Below are positions 1 through 14,244 of a stretch of 64,000 bases of DNA, in pieces. Both the position numbers and the translations under genes were made by a program. The DNA is from Chrysomallon squamiferum (Eukaryota; Animalia; Mollusca), in the NCBI GenBank assembly GCA_012295275.1, contig CM022665.1, positions 19,096,001-19,160,000 on the forward strand. The letters are read 5' to 3'. The notes beneath the pieces are model-generated. The model saw only the letters and a program-made list of their open reading frames with translations. It made no database searches and was not told where the DNA came from. Every line of letters begins with the position of its first letter. Position 1 is the stretch's first letter.

Positions 1-318
1 TCCAACAAATACTGTTTACCTTTACTGCTGACTGCTATTTTTATCGCCACTTTAAAAACAAAAAGACAAAAAAGAGAAAAGACATGCAGTCAGAAAATAA
101 ATTCACCCTACTTAATTCGGAATAGTCTAATACAACCAAATACAGATCACAGAACAAAATTATATAAAATTAGATTTATTTATAGATTTTAACATGTCCA
201 TTTGTCGCATTTTTATCCTAATTTTAAAAGATGTCCAACGGCATCCAAGAACAGAATGGGTGTTTTCTGGCCAAGGGTTAGCTGTGACATCAGACTCACG
301 AGTTTATTTACCGTCTGT

Positions 319-1218
319 TTATAAACTCTCTTTCTTGGTGGTGGGGCGTATCCAAAGTTTATCCGTCTCAATTTCTATTCCTTTTATCAATTCTACAAAT
401 CTGTATATATTTGGATTTGGATGGTGAAGTTGAACTGACTGGTTCATTCTGGAATGAAAAATCTCCAGATTATTGTTTGTTCTGGAGCCGGTGGTTGGAT
501 GATGGTTCCACAAAATCAACGGAAATCTGGCACTATCATCGTCTATCCGTGTAGAAACCACATAATCATTTAATGTCTCCGCCTGTGGAACATCAAGTCC
601 GTTATCCGTGGCTTGAAACCAAGCATTCTGCTGCACTTGTGCAGTTGGCAGAAGTGGTAGTCCAGCAGCCCTCCGAATCCATGTCTGTACATCTGGTTCA
701 TCGTTATACAGAACAGCAAGACCTAGATATTGGGTTTTCGTTTTCCTCAGCTTGTGGAAATTCAGCTTCAACTGCCTGGATTGCAGCCACCTCAAAGTCA
801 GTCGGACTTTTAATTTCAGAAAGAGGTCGGTTTAATGATTTTAGTACATGATTCTTCAACAAACTGAACAGTCCACTGTATGTTATCCTGTGTTTGTCGG
901 GAAGCAAAGCAAATACAAGGGAATACGTAGTGGTTCCGTCCATAGCATATGGATGATATATAACTGGTTCCACAATGCTGGACAAGAAGAGAAACTTCCG
1001 TCCATAAAAATGGAATCTGCAGCCTGTAGAGCTACGATTTGCTCATCTGTAGAAAACACAAGCATGTTATTTTCATTTCCATCGCTAAATAAAAAGTAGC
1101 GTCTTCCGTTATTTGTCTTTGTCCATAGTTCTTCAATGACAAATACAAATCTGTCCAGTATTATTTGTGGTTTACCTTTTTGTGACTGAACAAATTCTAC
1201 CCTTCTAAGATCAGCCAT
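319..1218 (-). mobile_element. Degenerate Mutator-like (MULE) DNA transposase, frameshifted and internally deleted, with a FLYWCH-like N-terminus (Phantom-like)
   Basis: Three overlapping minus-strand ORFs join into MULE motifs: EFVQSQKGKPQIILD (FLYWCH-type start), IFMDGSFSSCPALWNQLYIIH, LVFALLPDKHRITYSGLF, TDFEVAAIQAVEAEFPQA, WNHH..RTNNNLEIFHSRMN..HPNIYRFVELIK. A candidate 9-bp TSD, ACTTAATTC at 110-118 and 1697-1705, would bound the element at 119-1696. Confidence 0.85.
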
Positions 1219-3789
1219 GGCTATAAAATGTGAGTCTGTTTTTGGTAGCTACATGTAGTTAATGTATAAGAACTTTTATTTGTTATGTCTGTGATTAGCT
1301 ATGGTTTAAATGTATGATGAGTGAAATAAAAGACTTTGGTCGTCAGAGACATAATAATTATTAATATAAAAACAATGTCTTACTGAAGTGAAATGAACTG
1401 AATACGGATGTTGCAGTGCAGAAGCCCAACAGCTAAACTCTAAAAACATGGACCTCATAAACACAGATCTTTACATTGGTTAATTCCGTTTAGCAGATTA
1501 CAATCAAGTTCTCCTAGTTGTTTGTATGGAACCGGTAGATATTACAACAACAACAAGCTGTAAGTTGCTGAACAGACTGGAGCAGTACCACTAAAGCAGT
1601 CGGGGGTGTACAGGATACATTACATGAGCCAATAAAAAGTTTTGTCTCTCAAATGGCATGTCTGCATTATGGGATGTCTGTCTTTTGGGAGGGAACACTT
1701 AATTCATGTGTTGCCAATCTTAATTCCATCTCTGGTGTCAACAATTAACCCACAATCGTTGCAGATTCCGCTTGAATGTGATTTGACAATTAAAGGCACT
1801 GAACCAGTTAAAGTCACTAATTTCATGCCGTAAAGTTTAAATCATTAGCATATTTGTTTCTCAGTCAATCTTTGTCATTACTAGCACAAACTGTAAAATG
1901 TAAACTGTAATAAAGTTCAGAAAATACTGTTCTCCGTCTGTATCTCTTTGTTTTTCCTTTTTCTTCTGTGTAATTTCATCTATGTCGCTTATCTGTCTTG
2001 TTTGTATTTCTGTCTTGTGTTTGTGAGTGTGTCTCTATATCCCTTGCTCATGTTTGGTATATTAATACAAAAGTAATCAGTATAATTGTTTCACTGTATA
2101 CTGACACCATACATTTATTCACATCTTGTTAGTATTACTTATTTAACAAATGAGATATGGCTGAAAATTACAAGCTGCACATCAGTATATGGAAAACACA
2201 ACACTGAGGTAGCCATTAAAATTATTGTTCTGAACAATATCGCACTTTATTGGTCTCTACAGGAGGATCAGAAACCGACGTTAGCTGTTACTTACAGAAA
2301 ACCCAGTTACAATTCCTAAAAGAATTCTTTAAAGTGATTGGTGGCGCCGGATTCACATTGGCGTTTTCTATTAAGTTTCCAGCGGAAAGTAGACATGATA
2401 TACGTATCAGTAAATTAACTGTAAAAGTGTCTGGCTTCTTTTACGAACGGACAGATAAACAAATATTAAATCTGACTGTATTTTAGCATCACAGTATTTG
2501 AAAAAAAAAACAAAAAAAATAACTGTTACAGATTCAAAACCAGCTATCAAAATGATTCAGAAAACGAGACTAGATGGGAAAGCAAAAATAAATTTAAAAA
2601 ATAAAAATAAAAATAAATAAAATAAAATGAAATAAATAAATGAATAAATAAAAAATAAATAAATAAAATAAAAAATAAAACAAAACAAAATAAAATAAAA
2701 TGAAATAAAAATAGAAAAGAAGAAGATTAACAAACCAAAAAATCCCCAAATTTTTATTTCATTCTTTCTTTCCTTTAAAATTAAAGAAAACATCTTTAGA
2801 TATTCTGTTTCTTTCATTCACTTTGAAAAAAGTAAATTAGTAAATATATAAAATAAAAAAATAAAAAATAAACAAAAAAATAAAATTAACAAGAACACTG
2901 GTATTCAGAATATACTTAAGATGTTCCATTTCATTAACAAAAATTCATTCATTCAAAAATATGCACGTTTTAAAATACAGACTGCAACACTGTCACTATC
3001 TGTATTGATTTAAAACTATCAAACTCTAAACCATTTTTTATAATTAAAATCACTGGTAACTTAAAACACATTTTAATAAAAGACATCTGTATGTACATAT
3101 CTATAATATGTTCTCTTATTGGCTCATGCCATGTTCAAAGCATTTTTATTCTGGAGCAATCCTCTCTTGTACAAACGTTTGTTGCTAAAATCATTTGACC
3201 GATAGTATTATGCCATCTGTTCGCTAAACATACCTTTCAGGCAGGTGCAAATTATAGTATCGCACTGGTCTGTCTACTTATAATTATTTCTGGCGCTTCT
3301 GATAATGACTGGCTATTACAGTGAATCAGTCTTTATTGAAAATCGTAAACACATGTCAGAAACTGAGAAAAGCTAATATTATTCGAATTTCAGAAAAAAT
3401 AAAGTTCGTTGTATCAGATAAACAGAGGAAGAGAAAAACGCTGAAGATGTTTATGAATTATATGCTGTGTTAATGAACGTTATTTACCTTTTGCAGACAG
3501 TTTCTTTTTCAAAATATTTTCATTTTGACTCTCTTCCGTTTTTTTTAAAATTAATTTTAATATTAGTTTATTATATGTTAATTTTACTTGTACGTGTGTG
3601 TCTATGTATATGTGTCTGTGTGTCCTTAAATGAGTGTGCCAGTAACAGAGTAACTGTCTTTTAATCATTAACGTTGATATCCTTAAGTATTTTTGTACTC
3701 ATTTTTTCTTTATCCGAACTTTCGGTCTACCTGAGAAAAATAATATTTTCTTTTAAGAGAACGCCTTCTAATTTAAAAGAACGGATTAC

Positions 3790-3790
<1 letters not shown>

Positions 3791-3852
<62 letters not shown>

Positions 3853-3862
3853 AATAAATAAT
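3791..3862. repeat. (AAT)n/(AAAT)n microsatellite
   Basis: Directly visible. Confidence 0.95.
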
Positions 3863-4409
3863 GAAAAGATACAAAGTTTTAGTACAGTCAATACTGTGTT
3901 AATACAGTCTAAATGTTCGGTTTATAAACAACAGCTATGGTCAGTTCGTCAGTTACAAAACTGTAGGTGAGTAGTAAAAAAAAAAAAAAAAAATAGAAAG
4001 AAGATAAATATATATTATTATTATAGTTATTATTATTATTAGTAGTAGTAGTAATAGTAGGAGTAGTAGTGGTAATAATAGTAGTGATAATATTAGCAGT
4101 AGTTGTTGTTGTCGCTGTTGTTGTAGTATATAACAGTCTAAACATTTTGGGTGTGAGATCTATTTCAGGATCAAGCATCTGATACGAAACAAACGACTGT
4201 ATTCTAACGTTTACACTAGCGTGACACTGCTCACAATAGCATGCAGACAACAGGAATTCCATGCATCGTTTCACGCCGATGATTACAATGAAGATAAAAT
4301 GTTTATCATGCTGCTGGGAACATGCTGTGATGAAGTACGGTGATTTCGAACACAGATGAATTCAGATAGAGCACAATGAACTACATTAGATGATATCATG
4401 TTAAAGAGA

Positions 4410-4470
4410 GCCTTGACATATTTATCAAAGGTTGTGGTATGTGTTATCCTGTGATACAAGAGATCGCCCA
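4410..4470 (+). mobile_element. Short SINE core fragment
   Basis: tatcaaaggttgtggtatgtgttatcctg matches the reverse complement of caggaaatcacataacacagcctttgata at ~18169-18197. Confidence 0.45.
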
Positions 4471-5464
4471 TTATTAATTCATGAGTATCACATTACATTA
4501 TTGTATAAATATGTAAATCACGTTTGATAGTTATTAATATTAAAATGTAAGCACACGTAATATTACCCAAATATTTATTTACATAAAAACATTTAACTGA
4601 AACTAATAATAAATGAATGTCTACGCAGTAATAAATTAAAGTACAGTTAATGCAAATGTACGATATTTGTTCAGTCCAACCATGAACGTGTTAGATACTA
4701 AACAATGGACTAAGCACGAATAAGTCTGTCAGCACGAAACACAAAAACCGGAGCGCTATTATAAAATATAGCAGTCCACAGTTCGGTTCACATAATGAAA
4801 ACTGCTCGAGAATCGCTATGGTAACTGAAACCTGTTTCGCTGCAACGCAGTATGTAACTCAACTTGAGAACAGCTGCAGAATTATCATTTCAAAATAAAA
4901 CGTAATAATGATTCATAAAGAGCCGTGATTTTTACCAGCTGATCGCGAGTTGAACGAATTAATATAAAACCGGTTTCCTTAAGTACAGATTTAAGCTGTT
5001 CACGATTAAGGCTGATATTTATCGCTGTAACAAAATAACGTTTCGTAGAAACGAAATGAAATATCTTAGTATGGAAATATCTATTAATGTATTGACGTCT
5101 GAATGTATCATTTGGTGTATGTAACAGATTATAACTCGAAAATGAGAATAAAGCATGCTATGATGCAACAAAGATATGGATAGATATAAAGATATAAAAA
5201 GACATAACAGATGGGTAACTGTGCAGATGTACAGAAAGAGAGAAAGAAAATGTTGAGAGGTGAAGAGTGGATAGATAAACAGTAGATAGACAGACAGATA
5301 GTCATGCATATATGCATACAGATATACAGACAAACCAAAAGACATGAATAGATAAGCACGAAAAGACAGAAACTAAAGTGTTAAAATCAGTGGAAAGAGA
5401 ACGAAACAGTAATGAGTACAAATCCCTAAAAGAGGGAGAACTAGGTAGTGTATAGATGTGTGTA

Positions 5465-5599
<135 letters not shown>

Positions 5600-6738
5600 T
5601 GGGTGTGGGAGTGTTACTCCTTGTGCATTTAAATATTATTGCCGTTTGATAAATGTGATTCAGATCAACAATATCGGAATGTTTTGCTATCCGCTCATCA
5701 CCATTAGCTGACGTTCAAAATTATTTTCTTACTGTGCTAACCCCACGGCCATCGTATAACCAAAGGTGACCGCAGAACGTTATTGGATTCCCTGAACTGT
5801 CCAATGGAACACGGGACAATTACCGTACACTGCCGGATAAAAACCTGTAAGCTTTTCCGAAGCATTTTGTTTACACCTCTTCGTTGTGTCAGTGAGAATG
5901 CTATAGTCAGATAGATACACGGATTCACTCAGGTCCTGTGTGAAGGAGTCGGAAGCAGTGAAGCATACAGTTAATCTCGAGTTCAGGAATCTGTGTGGCA
6001 AGGGATCAAAAGATTTTTTTTTTTTGTAGTTTTTATTATTTGGAAATTTATGCGAAAATTTCCTGCGCAGTGTGAAATCCTGCTGGGATACGCCAAGTGT
6101 TTTCATTTTGCAGCTCGGCAAAACCGAAGATGAAGAAAAAATCTCTCACAGTTGGTGGAATCTAAGATCGCCTATATATGTCCCGAAAGACGTAGTCAGA
6201 AGTACCTGACTGGATAAAATTAGCAAGTAAAGAAGAAAAGTGTATTATTTGTATAATGCTCTTATACTGTCAGATTGGATAAAGATTATCAGAAATTATT
6301 TTATTTTTAATTTAATCTTGGTTCGGTATTAACATAGATATACATATATTCATGTTTATGGAATTCTCCTTAGTATTAATAGTTATATATAATGTCTGAT
6401 TTTAATCAATATACGTACATATATAGTTTATAGTTGTTGATAATAAGTAAATAAATAAATATTATATAAAATAAAAATAAAATAAAATAAAGAACAAAAA
6501 CCTTTTTGATAATGAGTCAACGATAACTATTTAGATTATTAACTTGCTGAAAAATATTAATAATGAATCCAATTTCTCTGTGGAATCGATAAAATAGCAA
6601 CATACATTTTGTTTCAATCAGTTACACGCTCGGAATAAAAACAACAACAGCAAGAGGAGCTTTGGAATTACTAGATACCGTATACGAATTAAACAATAAC
6701 CAATTTTGCCATAGGTGACATCTCTGTGAAGCAACAAG

Positions 6739-7138
6739 ATGAATTCAAGATTGGCAGACGCCTCGAAAGTAGGCGTGTTGTCAACTTCTTCAATCTACTC
6801 CATTAGTTGGTCTGACTCAACTATAACGACCCAACAGTCGAACCATTCGGTTCTCATGTGTTCTCCCGTGAACATGTCCAACGGAAGTTTGAACTGGACT
6901 GTAAACGAGTCTTATTATTTTGACGAAATTCAATGTTTGGAGGCTTCACTGGGGAAGAGGTACATCAGCAACAGTGCAGTTATTTTGTTGACGATGTTGT
7001 ACGTGCTCATTTTTGTGACTGGAATCATGGGTAACATGTGCACGTGTTTTGTGGTTATAAGGAACAAATACATGCATACAACTACAAACTACTACCTGGT
7101 CAACTTAGCAGTGTCTGATGTCATGACTTTACTGTTAG
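6739..7138 (+). CDS. PRXamide/pyrokinin/neuromedin-U-type neuropeptide GPCR, coding exon 1 (N-terminus, TM1, TM2)
   Basis: Encodes LYVLIFVTGIMGNMCTCFVVIRNKYMHTTTNYYLVNLAVSD (GN1.50, LAxxD2.50) and five N-glycosylation sequons (NHS, NMS, NGS, NWT, NES). Ends at donor G|GTAAGT (7138/7139), phase 1. Candidate acceptor ttttgccatag ends at 6714. Confidence 0.93.
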
Positions 7139-7560
7139 GTAAGTGTTCCTTTGTTGTTGTTGCTGCTATTAATATTTATTGTTGCAATTAATTTATTTAT
7201 TTATTTATTATTGGAACACTGTGAACAAGTTATATTTCTAACTTGTATCTAAAGTGCCTATACAAATTTAACTAAAATTAAATTTACAAAAATGTAATGG
7301 GCTGACAACTTAATACAAATTGTATTTATTTGATTCTTAATCAGGTTTAATTATCAAGAGTGCCATAATGTGAAACATTTGGTCTCTGAGTCTCATAGAC
7401 AGCAGAATAAAATTTAATATTTGTTGCTTCTGTATCAACTCGTTGTTATTGCTATTTATTAACTTTTTTTTTTTCGACGTTTTTCTTTTTATTATTGTAG
7501 ATACTTCAGTTCTTGAAATTTTCTTTTCACTATTAATTCTGAATTCACAATACTGTTAGA

Positions 7561-7772
7561 TACATACATACATACACACACATACATGCATACAGATACA
7601 CACACATATACATATATACATACGTACGTACATACATACATACATACAAACGTACATACACACATACATACAGACATACACACACACACATATATACATA
7701 TATGTATATGCATATAAAAATATATATATACACACACACATACACACTCAAACACACTTACACATACATACA
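7561..7772. repeat. Compound (TACA)n/(CA)n/(TA)n microsatellite
   Basis: Directly visible; explains ORFs within 7492-7899. Confidence 0.9.
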
Positions 7773-8101
7773 TAGTGGGAGAGAAAGAAAAAGAAATGTA
7801 TATTATAGCGAGTGTATGCCACTCTACTGTTTGTATATTTGTTTATTCAAAACAGTTAATAAGCATATTTCCTCTCCTTATAAATATACTTCGTTTTAAT
7901 TAAGTTGATTAGTGCAATGCAAGTACAGATCACTTGAATTAATCTGAAACATCTAGTAATGAACATAGTTTTACTTTGATTTGTTCAAGCTTCAAGAGAT
8001 CAAATGAAAAACACTGAAAACTAAGTAACCGGTATCTAGCTATCACAAATTTATTACAAATGACGAACTTTTTATCGAGAATCCCGTTCTAATCAATCCT
8101 T

Positions 8102-8287
8102 TATAGTCAGTTTTTAAAAGTTGTGTTATGTGTTTTTCAAGAACTCTTTATCGAATCATCTACATGCAAAATGACATGACAGATTAAAAATGCTGTATAG
8201 TCAGTTTTTAAAAGTTGTGTTATGTGTTTTTTAAGAACTCTTTATCGAATCATCTACATGCAAAATGACATAACAGATTAAAAATGC
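8102..8287. repeat. Tandem duplication, two ~92-bp copies (period 94)
   Basis: 8102-8193 and 8196-8287 are identical except for 2 substitutions. Confidence 0.95.
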
Positions 8288-8665
8288 ACTGAAGTTAGCT
8301 AAATATATGATTTTACCTTCATACAGAACACAGTTTATTTCATATTTTTGCACAGGGATATAAAACAAGATGTTACATTACTTGAACGTGCTCATTCCTT
8401 CCTTCATTCATTCATTCATTCATTTATATTTTATTTACGTACTTAATAAATATTTTAAATTTAACATTGTAATAAATCATTTTAATTAAACGCAACGTGT
8501 TTCAGTAATTGCTACCGAATAATACCGTAGGGCTTCATAATTCTCTTTTTTATCAACTTTCTTAAATTAATGCCGAGTAATAAATGAAAGTCAGGTCTGC
8601 ATATTCCAAATACGAGAATTACCAATTAGCTCATTTTGTTACAGAATTCATCTTGAAACACATGC

Positions 8666-8776
8666 TTCTCTCACACCGTTTCTCTCACACCGTTTCTCTC
8701 ACACTGTTTCTCTCACACTGTTTCTCTCACACTGTTTCTCTCACACTGTTTCTCTCTCACTGTTTCTCTCTCACTG
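8666..8776. repeat. 14-bp minisatellite (TTTCTCTCACACTG), ~8 copies, followed by (TCTA/TCTG)n
   Basis: Directly visible. Confidence 0.9.
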
Positions 8777-9897
8777 CTCAGTCTATCTGTCTATCTATCT
8801 GTCTATGTATCTTTCTGTCTGTCTATCTGTCTATCTGTCAGTCTAATTCTCAGCTCTTTTTTTCACACTACGCACCTAGAAATAGAACATTTTGAAACAC
8901 TACTGATTATATGTATCTTTTCATCAGACATTCGCAAAATCACACAACATTAGACAAATCTTCTCTTAATTAAAGAAGCACAAAAATCTCTAAAGCCTGC
9001 GTGTGAAGTTCAGCATACGAAGTCTGATAGACTCTGTAGAAAATTGCCCCTGCCATTATTTTAGCTTCAGTTTTAAGCCTTGTAAAACAGCTTTGTCAAA
9101 ACGGCCGTTAAGAACACGAACTAATCTAGCAGTAATTAAATATCATCACGAAACATAGAAAAAGAAATTACACAGCAGTAAGAACATACACATTAGTATA
9201 AACTGAGTAAATCAGAATATGCTGTATGTTATTGGCAGATAAAAAGAAGGAAAACGCAGAATGGAAGATTTAAATAAAGCGAAAATTTCACACAGTTCTT
9301 CACTGATCAAAAAATGAAATAGCTATTCTTAATTATGTAACAACTAAAATTTTTAGCGACTGTCAACAATAGAAGAAAATGAAATATAGTTTAAAGAATG
9401 CAATCTATACAAGCTAAACAAAAACGTTTCTGATGAAAGAAATAAATAAAAAATAGATAAAGGCATAAGCAAATAAATAAATAAATAAAAATACTATTCT
9501 GTAGTGATGTAATTTGTATTAAAAAAAAAAAAAAATTTGTTTACCCAGTTTACAAGTATCAATATATGTCAGTATAATGTGTTCTACTCTGTTAAATAGC
9601 ATTAAATAAATGTTTTATTAGTAGTAATGTAAATATGTTATTAACATTAAAGTAAATATTAATATAGGTAATACTGATGTATAACGTGTTTATTGCCTCT
9701 GTTCAGTCTTTGACAACTACAAATTTGTTTTACTTATTTATTTATTTATTTTTTAACATAATTAATTTCCCGCAGGAACAACTGTCTTCGTTGCAGAAAT
9801 TGTTTTGAACTGGATACGTGTGTAGAATCAAGAAGCTGAATCCTTTGAAAATTGCTGTCAAAATGAATGAGTATTTGTTTAAAGATATCTCATCGAA

Positions 9898-9950
<53 letters not shown>
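9898..9950. repeat. (ATT)n microsatellite
   Basis: Directly visible. Confidence 0.95.
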
Positions 9951-9951
<1 letters not shown>

Positions 9952-11271
9952 TGTTATTTAAAAATAAAAATAAATAAATAAAATATCTGACGTTGAACAT
10001 GAAGATTAGATGAAACTTGAAATAATCCAGATGTCGAATGGAAGACTGGTGATAATTCGACTTGGCAGTCAATGTTCAAAGGATCCAAGTAGTTGAACTT
10101 CGTAAAAAACAGCTGCTAGTGTTCATTGGTCTGATTTTCAGAAGAGAAATCAGCATTATCGTTTTCATTCAAGGCAGTTTTGGCCAGTTTTAATGTTAAA
10201 GCCTCCTCCAACGAACTAAATTTTGGTTGGTACGGGTTTCAAGACAATCCCACATAAGGTAACAGCCTGACATTATCAAATATTCTGTCACGATAACGTC
10301 ATCTGAATAATGTGCCAGTGACCCAATGTTTAATTATTCATAACATTATATCTAAATAACAGTCGAGTAGAATAACATCCAGGCAGAAAAATGTCAGTTT
10401 GTTAATGATGATAATCAGATTTTCCTTCTTAGATAGAAACATAACAAATAAATCCTTATTTATAAGCCTTCACAGTTTTTATTAGTAATTTCTTTAGTAA
10501 CCACAACATATATAATTTTTTCAAGGAGATTTTTTAGGTAGAACAGATCAGTAATACGTTTTTGTTAACATATCTGAAATATTTTACTTTCACGTATAAC
10601 CCATTTTGATAATAATTTATAGGCATATCAAAATAAATATTTAGCAAAAGGAAAATTTTTATGCAAACACTTCATGTTAAAAATGTATGGCAATGCTTAT
10701 GCATACCGTAACTTCGTGTTGATGTCGACAATTTTATACAACATTGGATACTGACTTAGTGTTCTACTGCTCGAAGATGACGTTGTGCTCGATATATTGC
10801 TGCATTACTTATGTTTTTAATACAACTCCCCACTTTTCTACTTAAATAATCAATCACAGTCTGATTAATATAAAATAATGAACGTTTGACGTATAACCGC
10901 GAATAATGTGAAAGTAAAACATTAAAAATTACACCGACTACCTTCTTATATTAACCCCAGTCTGTGATCGAATCCTGTTGTGACAGATAGCTGCACCTGA
11001 GTGATCAGTTTCTTGTGTACTGAAGATAAAGGCCGTACATGTCAGTGTCCATTCAATAATCCACTATCTTTATTGTGAGTAATGTAATCTTACTTTTTCA
11101 CATGTGGGCGAATAAATGTGGGAGCCAATATAATGTTTACTCCAGCTGACGTGCAGTTCAGATCTGTTCTAAATAAACGTATATTGATGAAAGTAAAAAC
11201 TATTGAATTTCTTATCTGTACTATGTATTGCTATTAATTACGTTAAGCTGTTGCATGTGCTGAAACGAAAA

Positions 11272-11570
11272 GTGGGCTACATAGCTTAGCGGGAGAGTGC
11301 TGGCTTCAGGCATCAGTAGTAGCAGGAATAATCATCGGTGCTATCACTGGGCTATTTCCGGTGCTTTTATTACTCACTGTATTTGTATTTTCGTCTTTGG
11401 AAAGGTGCCTTTTATTAAAAGAAAACAAAAAAAACAAACAAAAAAGTAGCCTGCTGCATGGGTTGCAGCTGATTTGTATGACCCTTTCGTTCTAATCATT
11501 TGCAAGACATCATATAGCAAAAGATTAAGGAGGATGTGTAGGTCGTCACATTGTTTCCTCCTTTCCTTTT
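11272..11570 (+). mobile_element. Degenerate tRNA-derived SINE
   Basis: tRNA-like head gggctacatagcttagcgggagagtgct (A-box-like TAGCTTAGCGG), then ctgggctattt and a (TTTCC)-like tail. Family assignment rests on recalled resemblance to molluscan SINEs, not a search. Confidence 0.55.
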
Positions 11571-11689
11571 AAAATTAAAAAACCTGCAGCTGTCATATAA
11601 ATCTTCCTAGGTATGAAATATAAGTAAAAAAATATATACATATATCTTTTTTTAAAGAATAGCAATATCTGGCAATTACAAGGTTTAAA

Positions 11690-12200
11690 TGGAATCGTTG
11701 AGAAACGCAGAAGTAAAGCTGATTAACAACATCGAGCAATGCCCAATAAAGTGGTCATGTTTTCTTTCTGCGCTCCACGCTCTCAAAGAGACCAAAAAGA
11801 AAAAAATGAATGAATTTGCTAGTTGTTTCTACAAATGAGCTGCGCTACTGAATAAATAACAATACAGAGGATACTACCAAACTGCAACACGAGGAAGCAG
11901 ATATGCCAGCAAATGAAGGAGGTAAAAATGGTTTAGGAAGAGTCGGAAATTACAGAGACTGCAATGAAACCAACATACACGAAACTGTGGTTACAACAAC
12001 ATCCATATTATAACACCAGAGACACTTTCTACCAAGTAATGAGAACAGGTCATCATCACAAACAAAATTCAGTGGGCGACTCTGGAACATGCTACTGTGG
12101 CACATTTTTACTGCAACACCGTTACAACTACAGAATCAAAGGAAAGCAGTTTTGCCGTCAGACAAAATCCTGAAGAAGAAACTTTTTGGATGCATTCAAA
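11690..12200 (+). mobile_element. Degenerate non-LTR retrotransposon 3' portion (RNase H plus CCHC region; I/Nimb/Ingi-like)
   Basis: Broken frames give SALHALK (cf. DSLSALQAL), EEADMPANEG (cf. GNExADxLAKEG), WLQQHPYYNTRD, QVMRTGH (cf. RLRTGH) and GTCYCG..HF/IL in the expected order. Confidence 0.6.
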
Positions 12201-14203
12201 TTTTACAGCGTACACAGCATTTGTCTGAGTCTTCGACTGTAAATAAATGAATAGTTTGTTGGGGATTAATAATACATATTTGACTAAAATGGTTTTAAAA
12301 GTTATAAACCATTAGTAACACAGAACTGTACGGAATAGATTTCATACCTAAAATAAGATAATACAAAGATATGAAGATATATCAGACCATTCTGTTATCA
12401 GCCTCTCTGCACGCAATCGGTACATTTATACCACAGTCACATCTCAGCTGTAAACTGTCATACAGATAAGTTATTAATCTCACCTAAAGATAACAAAATT
12501 ATAATATATATATATATGACTTATATAATGTAATATTAAACATTTTAAAATAATGTTATATCATGTTTTCAAAAAAGAAGAAGAAGTGATTGTCATATTT
12601 TTTATATTATTAAAACTGAGCTTAAAATTTGTGAGTTAATCAAATTGTACAAAATCTACCCAGTTGTTTGTAAAAACTGTTTTAAATTCATTCTTTTAAA
12701 AAAAATATCCTATGGTGGAATTAAGCCATAAAGAGTAAAAGCATATCAAATTTGTACAGATATATAAATTCAAAATAAATGCAGCTGTATAGAGCATTGG
12801 ATAAGAATTAATATTTGTTAAATAACGTATGTTACATCAACCATTATTTATGTGCAAAACGTGACTGATTTTTAATGTTCAAATGATGTAAATTCACTCA
12901 GTCATTCTATAAACTATATTTTCCATTAACTGTAGTGATCGTTTAAATGCACTTCCCACTAGCTGAAAACTATAATACCACGATCACTGAAAGACTGGAT
13001 TGGGAATATATAGGGAAGCTGCTGAATTTGTTGGAAAAAAGTTTGAATAAATCATTTATATTTTTAATCCGTTCTTTCCACAGAGTTAAGAAGTAAGTCA
13101 CAATATTAAAATGTTTTTTTCATATTACCAAATGTGTTACTTTAGTACTTGAAATTTAAAATAATAAAATCATGTGTGATACAATTTTATTAAATTGTTG
13201 TTTTGAAATTTCATGACGTCAGTGATCAGATTTGATAGCATTTATATACTGATAAACTCTATTAAACTGTTAATGATTTTAAAGCTGAAATAAATAGGGC
13301 GTATTCTCAATACTGAAGTAAGATTATGTCTTAAAACTTTAAAAAAAAAAAATAATGAAAGGAAAGTGAGACATATTTGCTTGTTCCAGGAAGCATCTTA
13401 AAATTAACTTTTACGTTTAGAACGTTGATTTTAAATTTGTGCTGAGAGTGGATCATTAAAGAAGTTGTTTGTGTTTCCTTTCACCCTCTGAACGCAGCCA
13501 GCGAAACGCGGGCAAATATGACTGTTCACAAATAACAGTTTCTCTAGTCGGCTGTATCTGTTTGTTGTAGCAGTGGCATGTCTGGCACTCTCTTCACGGA
13601 GTATACCTACTGTTTATACAAGAGCAAAGTGCGCCGACGTCTTAGTTGATAAATGACCAAAGGCGACGTATTCTGGAAACAGAAGTCATCAAGAAGGTAA
13701 TTGATTTGTTCAGAAAATCAAGATGTCCGCTTTTGAACATGTAAAGTAATCATTCTTTGGCTTGGCTCTTTAGTGTCTCACAATGGTCGATGTAATGTGG
13801 AATTAATTAACAATATGAAGAAAAGCTCTGGGCATACAGATGATAGCGTTGACGTAGTGGACTGCAGAGCAGCACATAAAATGTAAATTGAGGATTCTTT
13901 TTATTACCCTGCGGCTTTCATAACACGCAAGCTCAGTAATATTTTCTAGACGACTAGCTGAATATAATCCTGTAGACAGAATGAAAATTACATATACCGT
14001 ATTGTTTCAAGCTATTTGTACATACACATTTAAAAACAGGTTATTAAAACTATCTTCGAATGATTACAAAGCAAAACAACTTTAACGATAATAGTTAAAG
14101 AAATCTCTCTCTCCCTCTTTCTGTCTCTCCGCCTTCGCTCATCACTAGTATCATGTTAACCATGGTTTTCTTCGTTAATCTATTTTTCTTCCTATCATCA
14201 AAT

Positions 14204-14244
<41 letters not shown>

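Noticed and set aside
5700-6230. Possible non-coding 5' exon of the GPCR ending at CAA|GTAAAG (6226/6227)
   Set aside because: Plausible from higher GC content and the acceptor at 6714, but not supportable without transcript data
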